A stretch of 62,937 nt of DNA, filler included, from Octopus bimaculoides (taxonomy: Eukaryota): assembly GCF_001194135.2 (NCBI RefSeq). It is 8 parts of 8 records of this genome, joined end to end, with 100 filler letters (N's around TTAATTAATTAA, not from the genome) between each part and the next. Parts side by side here need not be neighbours in the genome. Positions count along the whole stretch, not along the records: positions 4,033 to 19,170 come from NC_068986.1; positions 19,271 to 36,577 come from NC_068995.1; 6 more parts are not named here. One strand, written 5' to 3'. The notes under the pieces are model-generated. The model was not told where the DNA came from, ran no database searches, and saw only the letters and a list, made by a program, of their open reading frames with translations. Both the position numbers and the translations under genes were made by a program. Shown one piece after another: positions 12,425 through 22,913 of this stretch (positions within the stretch are counted from its first letter, which is position 1; each line of letters starts with the position of its first letter).

Positions 12425-13366
12425 TTGTTTGTTATGGCTTCGGAAGGAGAGCGTACGAAGGGCCAGGCAGGGAGGGAGGAAGTATCCCTGGCCTTGATTG
12501 TGAGAATGCTGGAAGGACAGAAGGAGAGCTTCGCTGAACTCAGGAAAGAGCAACAGCAAATGACTACTGAAAAAATAAAAGAAAAATATAGAAACAGTTC
12601 ATGGAGAAAATGGCAACAGGAACTGTTAGATGAACTACAGAATGAACCAGATCAGCGTAAAATAATATGGTATTCGGATCCTATTGGGAATAGTGGAAAA
12701 ACATATTTATCGAGATACCTGCAGACTTTAGATGGTATAAGATTCGAGAATGGAAGAAGTCTGGATATAAAGTTCATGTACAATGGACAACGCATTGTTA
12801 TTTTTGACTTAACAAGAAGTCAAGAACAACATATCAACTACGAGGTTATGGAAAGCGTTAAAAATGGTCTGATATGTTCCTGTAAATACGTATCTGTCAC
12901 CAAAAGTTTTGAAATACCGCATGTAGTGGTATTTGCTAATTACGATCCAGATCAAACAAAGATGAGTGCGGATAGATGGGATATTCGTCCTCTTACACCC
13001 GCAGACAACACAATGGTATTTAAAGAAATACTACAAGAATTTCTAGAGAATGAGGTTGATATTGAAAATATGCCAGCGTTAGAAGATATAACCAACATGT
13101 ACAGTCAGGACACCGATGAATTAATTGACGAAATGAATCGTTCTGAATGTGAATACGAAATGGAAAAATATAAGAAGAGAAAGCTTAACTCCCCTACTCC
13201 TCTTATTAGACATGATGCAATAGACGGTAACATTTCATTCTTCTGCAATAACAATGTCGAGAAATGTAATTGTCAATTTGTTAGAAGAGAAAATGAAATG
13301 CTGATGGAGAAGATAAAGATGTTAAATGAAAAACTTGATAAATACGAAAGTGTAGATTCTGAATAA
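12425..13366 (+). CDS. Chimeric 313-aa ORF: Gypsy Gag N-terminus (~aa 4-46) fused in frame to a CRESS-virus Rep SF3-helicase domain (~aa 47-190) and an acidic/coiled-coil tail
   Basis: WQQELL...RKIIWYSDPIGNSGKT (Walker A), IVIFDL (Walker B), YEVMESVKNG...KY (B'), VVVFAN (motif C), SADRW (Arg finger). No HUH motifs. No stops. Likely start ATG at 12434. Confidence 0.85.
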   Translation: MFVMASEGERTKGQAGREEVSLALIVRMLEGQKESFAELRKEQQQMTTEKIKEKYRNSSWRKWQQELLDELQNEPDQRKIIWYSDPIGNSGKTYLSRYLQTLDGIRFENGRSLDIKFMYNGQRIVIFDLTRSQEQHINYEVMESVKNGLICSCKYVSVTKSFEIPHVVVFANYDPDQTKMSADRWDIRPLTPADNTMVFKEILQEFLENEVDIENMPALEDITNMYSQDTDELIDEMNRSECEYEMEKYKKRKLNSPTPLIRHDAIDGNISFFCNNNVEKCNCQFVRRENEMLMEKIKMLNEKLDKYESVDSE

Positions 13367-13770
13367 AATCTTTATTTCACGTAAATACATTGTTTGTTAT
13401 TTACGAATGTTTTTGCATCCTCTTGCACGTTATATGTATACTAATAACCCCAAAACATTCGCATCTTCGTCACGTCACGCGACGTTTACTCAATCACTCA
13501 TCCTTCTGCAGTGTGCTTTGTTGATAGTCAATCATTGTATGTAGCTCCGTTTCTGCGACCATAACAACGAATAATGACAAAATTGGTATAATCCATTACG
13601 GTATCTTTCGAAGACTGAACACACATTGCGATACCGTTAGCTGAATGTTGAGGAAATGCTTTATCGGGTACCTGGCCGAAAGGGGCCTCAGCCATATCCC
13701 ATTTCTGAACTCCACGAATATACATAGTAGGATATGGCATGCTGTCATTAGGATCGTAACTTTTGGAATC
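12563..13770. mobile_element. Endogenous CRESS-DNA-virus-like fragment (Rep 3' half, intergenic region, convergent ORF 3' end) inserted in gag
   Basis: Gag-like coiled coil stops at ~12562 and resumes at ~13771 (RQFREEFRRLSSDV). The intervening DNA is visibly more AT-rich and encodes the Rep helicase. Boundaries are uncertain by about 10 nt. Confidence 0.8.
13528..13770 (-). pseudogene. 5'-truncated convergent ORF, possibly the C-terminus of a viral capsid protein
   Basis: Frame is open from the gag junction: DSKSYDPNDSMPYPTMYIRGVQKWDMAEAPFGQ...DYTNFVIIRCYGRRNGATYND*. It is convergent with Rep. The capsid identity is inferred from position and composition only. Confidence 0.4.
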
Positions 13771-14898
13771 ACCGACAATTTAGGGAGGAGTTCCGCAGAC
13801 TGAGCAGTGATGTCGCATGGTGTAAACAGCAGGTGGAAAGGCTTAACGAGAGGATGGAGCGTGTTGAGAAATTTTGTGCTGCCGAGCCTGAGGTTGCTAA
13901 ACCTGAAGAAGTTGCTATTGCTGCGTCATCACGTGATACTCCGACGTCTGAGTGCGGATCTCCTGAAGTTCAGAGTAGCGGTGTGGTCCCAATTAGGAAG
14001 AAGTCACAGGAGTTTGATGGCAAGGTGTCGTGGGAAGCCTACCGGATCCAGTTCGAGATGCTAGCAGACCAAAACGATTGGGACGAGGGGCAAAGAGCCG
14101 TTCAGCTTGCCACTAGTCTGAAGGGTCCTGCACTGGAGGTGCTGGGCCAGCTGTCGAAAGTAGACAGGAATCAATACTCGGCGCTAGTTGAAGTTCTCAA
14201 CAGGAAATATGGCACTATGTGCCAGAGTGAAGTGTACAGGGCACGTCTCTGCACCCGTGTTAGGGTTCGAGGGGAGCCTCTACAACAGCTTGCCCAGGAT
14301 TTGGAAAGCACGGTACACAAAGCATACCCGACNNNNNNNNNNNNNNNNNNNNNNNNNNNNNNNNNNNNNNNNNNNNNNNNNNNNNNNNNNNNNNNNNNNN
14401 NNNNNNNNNNNNNNNNNNNNNNNNNNNNNNNNNNNNNNNNNNNNNNNNNNNNNNNNNNNNNNNNNNNNNNNNNNNNNNNNNNNNNNNNNNNNNNNNNNNN
14501 NNNNNNNNNNNNNNNNNNNNNNNNNNNNNNNNNNNNNNNNNNNNNNNNNNNNNNNNNNNNNNNNNNNNNNNNNNNNNNNNNNNNATGTGAAATCTAGCAC
14601 CGGAAATTTCCGGGTGAGTAACAGCTCCGGATTCATGGCTAGGAGAGTAAAAGTCCGTGAAGCTGAAGGACTTCGAAATAATCGAAAACTTTGTGAGCGG
14701 AACGAAGAGATGGCTGGTGTGTGTTGTTGGCACTGTGGGAGAAGTGGACACAGGCAGCGGGACTGCTACAGTTGGCGGCGAGAGAAGAAACAGAACGATA
14801 GAGCAGGATCTGTTTTCAAGGGCGAGTGTTGGTGTTGCAAGAAAAAGGGACACCTGAGTTATGACTGCCCAACAAGAAATAAAGAATCGGAAAACTAA
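13771..14898 (+). pseudogene. gag: Remainder of Gypsy gag (capsid-like domain plus two CCHC zinc knuckles), with an N gap at 14333-14584
   Basis: FDGKVSWEAYRIQFEMLADQNDW...LATSLKGPALEVL; CWHCGRSGHRQRDC and CWCCKKKGHLSYDC. Confidence 0.9.
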
Positions 14899-14947
14899 GA
14901 GGAGCTGGTGTTAAGGAGCCTCACACTCGAGGCGGGCATTCGTAACA
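14899..14947 (+). mobile_element. Short right end of the Gypsy element (pol absent; LTR-like 3' terminus TTCGTAACA)
   Basis: gcgggcattcgtaaca resembles the 5' LTR end gcggactttcgtaaca. The Helitron frame resumes immediately after it. Confidence 0.65.
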
Positions 14948-17499
14948 ATACCAACAAAACATTTCCTGCGTGGACTTCCATGCATTTCGCTTTATGACCC
15001 GAGTCAACTGTTTTAATCACCTCCACCATTCACAAGAACTCTATCACCAATTTACAGTTGATATGGGTGCAAAAATGGAGTCAGAAGGATTGTGGTACAT
15101 AAAATTAAATCAGAAAAAGTTGCATTCTGAGATTTACATTTATCTTCTAAATGGCACCAACAATGATGCAGCTCCTGGAAGCCTAGGACAAGTCTGTATC
15201 CTGCCATCAACTTTCACAGGAGGTTCCCACTACATGCACGAGAGAACCCAAGATGCTATAACATGCTGTATTATGGCAGGCCTGACCTATTTATAACTTT
15301 TACTTGCAATCCTAAATGGAATGAGATCAAGAATGAACTCCTCCCAGGTCAAAAGACCAAAGACAGACATGACCTCCTGGCCAGAGTCTTTCAGCTGAAA
15401 GTTAATTAAACTCCTCAACCACATCAAGAAAGTGCAGGTATTTGGATCTGTAAAATGTGACATGTACACAACTGAATGGTAAAAAAGAGGCTTTCCACAT
15501 GCGCAAATTCTGATTTGGCTGTCAACAAAAATCAGTTCCAATGACATTGACAAAATTATCTCTGTAGAGCTTCGAGATCCATCTACTGACAAGGAATTGC
15601 ATGTGATAGTGAAGACAAACATGGTGCATGGTCCATGTGGGTGTGGCTTCAACCTAATCTTACCATGTTTGAAAGACAATGTGTGCACCAAAAAGTTTTA
15701 CAGGCAGTTTTTTTCAAGAAACCCAGACTGGCGTTGACGGATATTCATCATGCAGACAAAGGAAACCAGAAGATGGAGGATTTACAGCAAAGATTGGTCA
15801 ACACGGGGTTGACGACAGATGGATAGTATTGTACTGTCTACTCCTATTAAAGGCATTCAATGCCCATATCAATGTTGAGTTCTATAACTCTGAGAAGTCC
15901 ATCAAGTACATAGATGATTATATACACAAGGGTTCAGATGCTGCCATGTTTAGCTGTCAACAAGAAAACAGCCGAGATGAGGTAACACAATACCAAGTGG
16001 GACGATACATCAGTAGCAATGAAGCTTTCTGGCGCAATTTTTTTTTTTACTTTACACTACACCAAAGGCACCCTGCCATTGAACAGCTTGCAGTGCACCT
16101 GGAAAATGGTCAAAGTGTGTACTTCACCAATGCTAATGCAGCTCAATTGACACAGGAACCAAAGGACACCACCCTCACTGCATTTTTCAAACATTGCCAA
16201 GTAGGTCCATTTGTTCAAATCTTGCTGTATCCCAAGGTACCATCCTACTACACCTGGAACAAGAAGACATGGACACAAAGACAGGCAGGTCAAGCTATAT
16301 TGATGGACAACCTGGCATAAAGTTTAACAATTGCATGTGGAGAGTTTACACAGTCATCCCAGCCAACACATGTGTTACCATTTCTGTCTGCTACTGCATG
16401 AGGTCAGAGGACCAGGTTTCCAAGACCTAAAAACTGTTGATGGACAAGTTTGTGCTACATATAGGGAAACCAGCTTTAAACATGGACTACTAGAACATGG
16501 TGCACAGTGGGATGCAATTTTGGCCACCTAGAAGTCTTGGGGCACTATTTGCAATATCATTGCTACCATGTGAACTGTATGATCCTCTTTGTGGCTCAAG
16601 TATAGAGATGACCTGCCTGAAGATCTGAAACATCAAGCACAATTGCAGTTTCCTATCATGGAAGTAGGTTTCAGTCATGAAGTCTAATTGACATAGAAGA
16701 CATGAAGCACTAATTGACATAGAAGACAAGATTGTTTTAATGAGTAGAAATGCTTTGCCCACATATGGCCTGCCCCAAACCTAGCAAACAGGGTCAACCA
16801 CCTTTCCCAAAGGTATCTTAGAAGAAACATCCTACAACATTGATGCTCTTGCCAGATATGTCATTGAAACTGAGTCAAAACTGCTTCCGGACCAGCAACG
16901 GGCTTACAACACTATTGTTGACTGTATGTGCCACTGAAAAAGAGGCATCTTTTTCTTGGAAGCATCTGGCGGAACAGGAAAAATATTTGTGACAAAACTT
17001 CTCCTCACCCAAGTTAGGCAGCACAAGAACATTGCATTAGCTGTGGCATTCTCTGGGATTGCTGCAACTTTGCTGCCTGGTGGCAGGACAGTACATTCAA
17101 CCTTTAAGCTTCCTCTGAATTTAGCAACATCAGCAAGAGCTCAGACAAGGCACAAGTGCTAAGAAGGTACCAGCTCATTGTGTGCACCGTGACACACAAA
17201 GGAGCACTTGAAGCACTTGATAAAACCTTACAAGACATCAGAGACTGTCAGGATCCAATGGGAGATGTTACTCTCCTGTGGTCTGAGGATTTCAAGCAGA
17301 CTCTTCTAGCTATTCCCAAAGGAATCAGGGCAGATGAAGTCCGAGCATGTCTTATGTCCTCTTCATTGTGGCACCAGGTCACAACATTGACTCTTAACAC
17401 CAACATGAGAGCTCCACTGTACAGCAACCAACCGTCAGCAAAATCCCTGAGGTCATGACAAAAACATTTTTAGACAGACAACAATAATGGGGATTTCTT

Positions 17500-18560
17500 T
17501 TTTCCAGATGGCCGGTCACTTGACTGTTCAGGAGTGAGCTAAGATAGCAGAATGCTATGAAGTGTGGAATTCCACTGTTTTGGTTCAGAGATGGTGGCAT
17601 GCATGGAAAGGTAAGCATGCAACACTACATCTGGAGACAATAAAAAGTTGTCATGCAAAGCTGATGACTACGGGCTCTGTGAAAGATGCAAGAAGTGGCC
17701 GTCCAGCCACATCCTGATCAGTGGAAAACGTGGCAACAGTGCAAGAAATGTTTAATCACAACCTGAAAAAGTCAACACATCAAGCAGCTTGTGAAAGTGG
17801 ACTAACAAGACACACAATAGGTATGGTATTGCATAAAGAAATGAAGTTTTGTCTGTGGAAACCCCATTATGTAGCTAAAACCAGGCTGACTTTGACCACA
17901 GAATGGAATATGGAGAGTTAGTGCTAGGTTGGCATGACAATTGGCCTGAATTATTTGAAAACATCCTCTGAAGTAACGAGGCTGCATTCCATGTTGGTGG
18001 TTTCATTAGTCATCATAACTGCCATTACTGGGCATCATGCGATAAGAATCTGAACATGACAGTTGAGAGGATGCAAGCTCAACCAAAAGTGACCATGTGG
18101 TGCTGAATGACAGCAACTAGAGTCATCAGCCCACATCTGTGTGACACCATGAATATGGACTGCTATCTTCCGATGCTTGAAAATTATGTGTGGCCCATGG
18201 TGTCTGGCTGGGATAAGATTGGTGGCCTGATATTCATGCAGGATGGTGCACCATCCCATTTTGCTCTTTCCAGGAGCCCAGATGAGACAACACGGTCCTC
18301 ATGAATGGCCTCCAAGAAGTTCAGATCTCACTCCATGTGATTTTTACCTGTGGGTTACACAAAAGAGATGTACAAAACAAAACCTCACACACTGGAGTAC
18401 TTGGAGACATGGATACAGGAGGTTCTCAAGGATATCCCTGACGATGTACTTCAGAAAGTTGTTCATTCCATCCATGGTCATTTGAGGAAACTGGTTGATG
18501 TCATCACCCACCCACCCACCCTGTCTGTCTATCTATCTCTATGGACGGACGGTAGACACA
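17500..18560 (+). pseudogene. Tc1/mariner superfamily transposase remnant (maT/DD37D-like)
   Basis: TGSVKDARSGRP, KSTHQAACESG, EAAFHVGG..HNCHYW, IFMQDGAPSHF, WPPRSSDLTPCDFYLW. Confidence 0.85.
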
Positions 18561-19270
18561 TCGGCTCCAAGTAAGTTTGCATTTTTTGCCTTTAAAAGTT
18601 TGTTTTTGAATCATATTTTGTATATAAAAGTTGTGCAACAACTGATACATTCGGTTGTGCAACTTGTTTGCACGGGAAATCTGCACCATGTGGCGTATTT
18701 CCCGATTTTATAAAATTAATTTCGACTTTCTTAGCCATTTTTATTTTGAGAATGGCCACTCCAAGCCATGTGACGAAAGCCGGTCTGTTTGGCCACTCGT
18801 TTGACATTAATTTCCCTACACTGCCTTCACAACTTCACGAAGTAGCACACAAACAGGTGCCAGTGTTAGCATGAATGCTAACACTGCCACCACCACTACA
18901 AATGCTACCACCATTACAACTACCACCAACATCTATCTATCTATCTATCGACTGACGTGTTGACGCATCGGCTCGCAAGGTAACCTTTTATTTTGACCCT
19001 TTTCTCGCCCACATTTTGAAAAAAATTTTTGAACATTGTCTGTATAAGGCACCCAACTTCGTTTGTGTGCTTTTACAGGGGAGGAATTGGCCGCTAGGGG
19101 CAGTTTCAACCCAACAAAACTTGTGTATTTTTTCTCAACATTTGGAAAATGTCGAGGAATGTTGTAATGGNNNNNNNNNNNNNNNNNNNNNNNNNNNNNN
19201 NNNNNNNNNNNNNNTTAATTAATTAANNNNNNNNNNNNNNNNNNNNNNNNNNNNNNNNNNNNNNNNNNNN

Positions 19271-19503
19271 GGCACATAAAAGACACCATTTCGAGCGTGG
19301 CCGTTTTCGTGCGGGTGACACGTAAAAGCACCCACTACACTCTCTGAGTGGTTGGCGTTAGGAAGGGCATCCAGCTGTAGAAACTCTGCCAAATCAGACT
19401 GGAGCCTGGTGTTGCCATCCGGTTTCACCAGTCCTCAGTCAAATCGTCCAACCCATGCTAGCATGGAAAGCGGACGTTAAACGATGATGATGATGATGAT
19501 GAT
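19271..19503 (+). mobile_element. SINE 3' portion with RTE-like tail ending in (GAT)n
   Basis: ggcgttaggaagggcatccagc...gcatggaaagcggacgttaaacgatgatgatg; related decayed sequence on - at ~27200-27370 and ~32470-32660. Confidence 0.65.
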
Positions 19504-20079
19504 ATTCACATACATACATGCAAACACATATTGCCTACATATACATAATATATATATAGACACACACACACATGTATAGTCTGTACCTGCTCCATAAACG
19601 CTTAATACTAACTACCATTATCCATTACTAAACCAATATTAATATATTAATATATTAATATTAATATTTGAAAGTGACCAGCCAGACATTTCCCAGTTAC
19701 CAGAATCCCTTCCAACACAGGAATTCTTTTCCCACTTTTTTGTTTAAATCAGAGCTATTTACTCAGATATATATATAAAAAACAACAAAAAACTCTAATC
19801 AATAAAATTTGTGATTAATTATGAATTATTTTCATAATTAATTTTTTACATCTTTCAAACTTTTGGACTGCGGTCATGCAGGAGCATTGTCTTGAAGGGT
19901 TTTTCTTGAACAAACTGATTCCAGTAATTATGTTTTTTGTTTTTCTTGCTTTTTTTGCAAATCTGGTTTTTATTTTATTGGTCACTTTTACAGAACTGCT
20001 AAATTTTTGGGACATTAACAAACCAACACACCAATTCTCAAGTGTTGATGGCAGACGCAAAGATAGAGAGATGCATTAG

Positions 20080-20200
20080 AAGTTTGCTTCCTAACCACAT
20101 AATTCTGGGTTCAATCCCACAGTGTAGAATCTTGGGAAAGTGTCTTCTACTATAGCCCTAGGCCAACCAAAGCCTTGTCAGTTGATCTGATAGATGGTTG
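20080..20200 (+). mobile_element. tRNA-head SINE fragment; related copies at ~22310-22480 (-), ~25790-25880 (+), ~30960-31110 (-), ~57340-57435 (-), ~57820-57970 (+)
   Basis: B-box-like ggttcaatccc/ggttcaaaccc followed by a shared core (gtgtcttctactatagccc...ccaaagccttgt). Confidence 0.65.
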
Positions 20201-21599
20201 ATGGGACAAGTGTGCTTGCTATATCAACTTATTACTTGAGAACTGCTTAGTCTATGAAGCCCTGGAGGGATGAAAAACAAAGTAAGTTTTGACTGGTTTT
20301 GAACGCAGGCCAAAGAGAATGCAGTAAAGGGGAGTGGGGGGGGGGCAATACAATACAATGAAATATTGCAAAGCATTTTGTCCACGGCGCTACCAAAGAT
20401 ACTACGATTTACGCCTTGATTAATTTAATGGCAAAAAAAAAGAAAACAAGAGACATGCAATAAAATAACAGGGTACCTTCTAATGGACACACACACACAC
20501 ACACACGAATAACACCCTACCTTTTTTTTTATTTATTACATTAATATTTGTCTCTATTATAATAACTGCGTGAGAAACTATACAAGTATAATTGCAAATG
20601 CGCTTATGTGCATTAAGAGTGTGCATGTGTGTGTGTGAGCCTGCATGCAAATGAAAAGATGATGCGTGAGTCTATTCTGGTGTTGGTAGATAATATTTTT
20701 GCTAGTCTCTGTGTTTATATTCTTTGTGTTACATGTTTTTAACTGTTATTTTCCTTTTATTTGTTTCTTATTTTTCTTATTGTATTTTTCCCTCTTCCCT
20801 CTTCTTCTTCTTCTCGGTCTTTTCAGTAACAGCTTGCTCTAAAAGGAGACAACAAAGAACATGTCTCATATTATACTGAAGGTGTTCCTATCAAACAGTA
20901 ACAAAAAGAAAAAGAAAAAAGTACGTGGACCAGGACAGTGATCAGCATGCTGGTGATGATGATGATGATGATGGTAATAACAGTGGTGGGAGTGGCAGCG
21001 GTGGGGATGTACTGTAGCATTACTAATAACACATTGTAACAGGATTACTAATAGTTTATCTTAAAAGACAGATACACACACACACGCATGCATATATATA
21101 TATAAATACATACATGCACATACATACACACAATACTTATATATATACCTATACATATATATATATATACACACACACATAGGTTTATATACACATGTAT
21201 ATAAACTACTCAGGGAGAAGATGATAACAATAAGGTGTTGTAGAGGTGGCTGAAGAAATGAATTACAGGACAATGGTGACAACATCTTTATCATCATCAT
21301 CATCATCATCATCAAGGTGAACAACAATAGAACTTTCGGAAACAACAGTAACACCACCACCAACAACAACAACACAACCTAAACTGATTCACAGTTTGGG
21401 TGTGGTCGAACATTAGCCTGGTTTCTGCGAAGGATAGTAAGAAAAGGATAGAAATTTAAATCATCATAGGTTGACTCTTTACTATCAATTTTTACTGTTT
21501 TTAGTCAGTGGTAATTATTTATTTATTTTCTACCTTTTTTTTCTCATATTGATAAAAAAAAGTAAAGACAACAGAAAAAGGTGACTGTCATGGTTTTCC

Positions 21600-22250
21600 C
21601 AAAAGGAAGTTCTCATGGAGATTTCACACTGAGTCACTGTTCAGTAGAAGGAAAGCTACTGAAAGGCGCAATTCTGAAAATGGTTAATGAGTTTACCTGG
21701 CTGGGAAGTACCATCAATTCAACAGAAAATGATGTCCAGCTAAGGACTGCAAAAGCATGGAATTCCCTATACAGACTTGGAATCATATGGAAGTCCTCCC
21801 TTCTTGACAACATGAAGAGGAGCTTCTCCAAAGCAGTTATTGAATCAGTCCTTCTTCTCTGTGGTTCTTCAGCCATGGACATTGAATACGATAAGTCAAA
21901 AGAATTCTCATGGAATCATGCATGAGAATGCAGTTCTCAATCTCTCTTGGCAGCATCACCCAACAGACCAGTGGCTGCATGGCAATCTTACGACCATCAC
22001 CTCGGTAATCAGAGAAAAAACAAGTTATGCAGAACACTGCTGAAGAAACAAAGATGAAATATCCATTGATTTCCTACTCTGGAAACCCAGACATGGACAT
22101 TGAAGGTATCAGCAGACCAAGAAGAGAATACATTGATCAACATGTGGAAGGCACTGGATAACAAGTTGAGGAGATGAAGACTATTTATGGAAGATTGGGA
22201 CATTTGGCATGGAAAGGTTGCATTGGTCTGGCCAAGTCAACTGATTGGAT
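21600..22250 (+). pseudogene. RTE-like LINE 3' fragment (post-RT region)
   Basis: EFTWLGSTINSTENDVQLRTAKAW...IWKSSL...KAVIESVLL; AVLNLSWQHHPT..WLHGNL. Confidence 0.75.
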
Positions 22251-22529
22251 ACATAGAGAGGCAGAGAGGAGCAATCTGGCACAGACCAGCGCCAGTTATC
22301 AAACAGTGGGCGGGCAGAAACACACACATATATGATGGGCTTCTTTCAGCTTCCATCGACTGAATCCACTCACAGGCCTTTGGTTCGCCTGGGGCTATAG
22401 GAGAAGACAATTGCCCAATGTGCCAGACAGTGGGACTGAACCTGAAACCCTGAGGTTGGGAAACATACGTCTTACAACACAGCTACAATATTTTGCCATT
22501 TTTTCAAGGCACATACAGGGTCACAGATT

Positions 22530-22562
<33 letters not shown>

Positions 22563-22869
22563 CATACACATTCGCACGTGCACAGACACACATACAATAA
22601 AAAAAAAAAGAAAAAGGAATTACAATAGAATGAAACTCAAAGACATTGCTTCCTAAAGAAAGAAACTGGGATACATTTAAAGGGACATTCAAATGCATAT
22701 ACAATCAACCATGCATGCATTCACACAAACACACACACAAGGATACACACACGTCCACTCAGAGACAAACACACAGTCTTATACATGAAGACACACATTC
22801 ACCCCAACACATACACAAGCATTCACACAAACACATAATTGTAGTCATGCAGACATGCATACACACTCT

Positions 22870-22913
<44 letters not shown>

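Larger units (their letters stand above)
10080..17460 (+). mobile_element. Decayed Helitron (RepHel coding region), split by the Gypsy insertion at 11377-14947
   Basis: Left part: KIGNMSTICQFC...ETPGMCCS, KYNCAIQITSF, FKVHG*VYHRTGS, LQYPVLFMNGEDGY. Right part: VDFHAFRFMTR, ILPSTFTGGSHYM, YGRPDLFITFTCNPKW, EW*KRGFPHAQILIW, HINVEF...KSIKYIDDYIHKGSD, and Pif1-like motifs ASGGTGK, SGIAATLLPGGRTVHSTFKLPL. Termini not identified. Confidence 0.92.

Noticed and set aside
12677-12994. Helicase as part of the surrounding Helitron or as a parvovirus NS1
   Set aside because: Helitron helicases are SF1 (Pif1-like), and that domain is present separately at ~16950-17400. The WQ..L...R.I.W..D..GN.GKT, VFAN and S.DRW pattern fits CRESS Reps better than NS1.
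14885-14898. GGAAAAC before the gag stop as a -1 frameshift site
   Set aside because: It is not a canonical XXXYYYZ heptamer and no pol follows.
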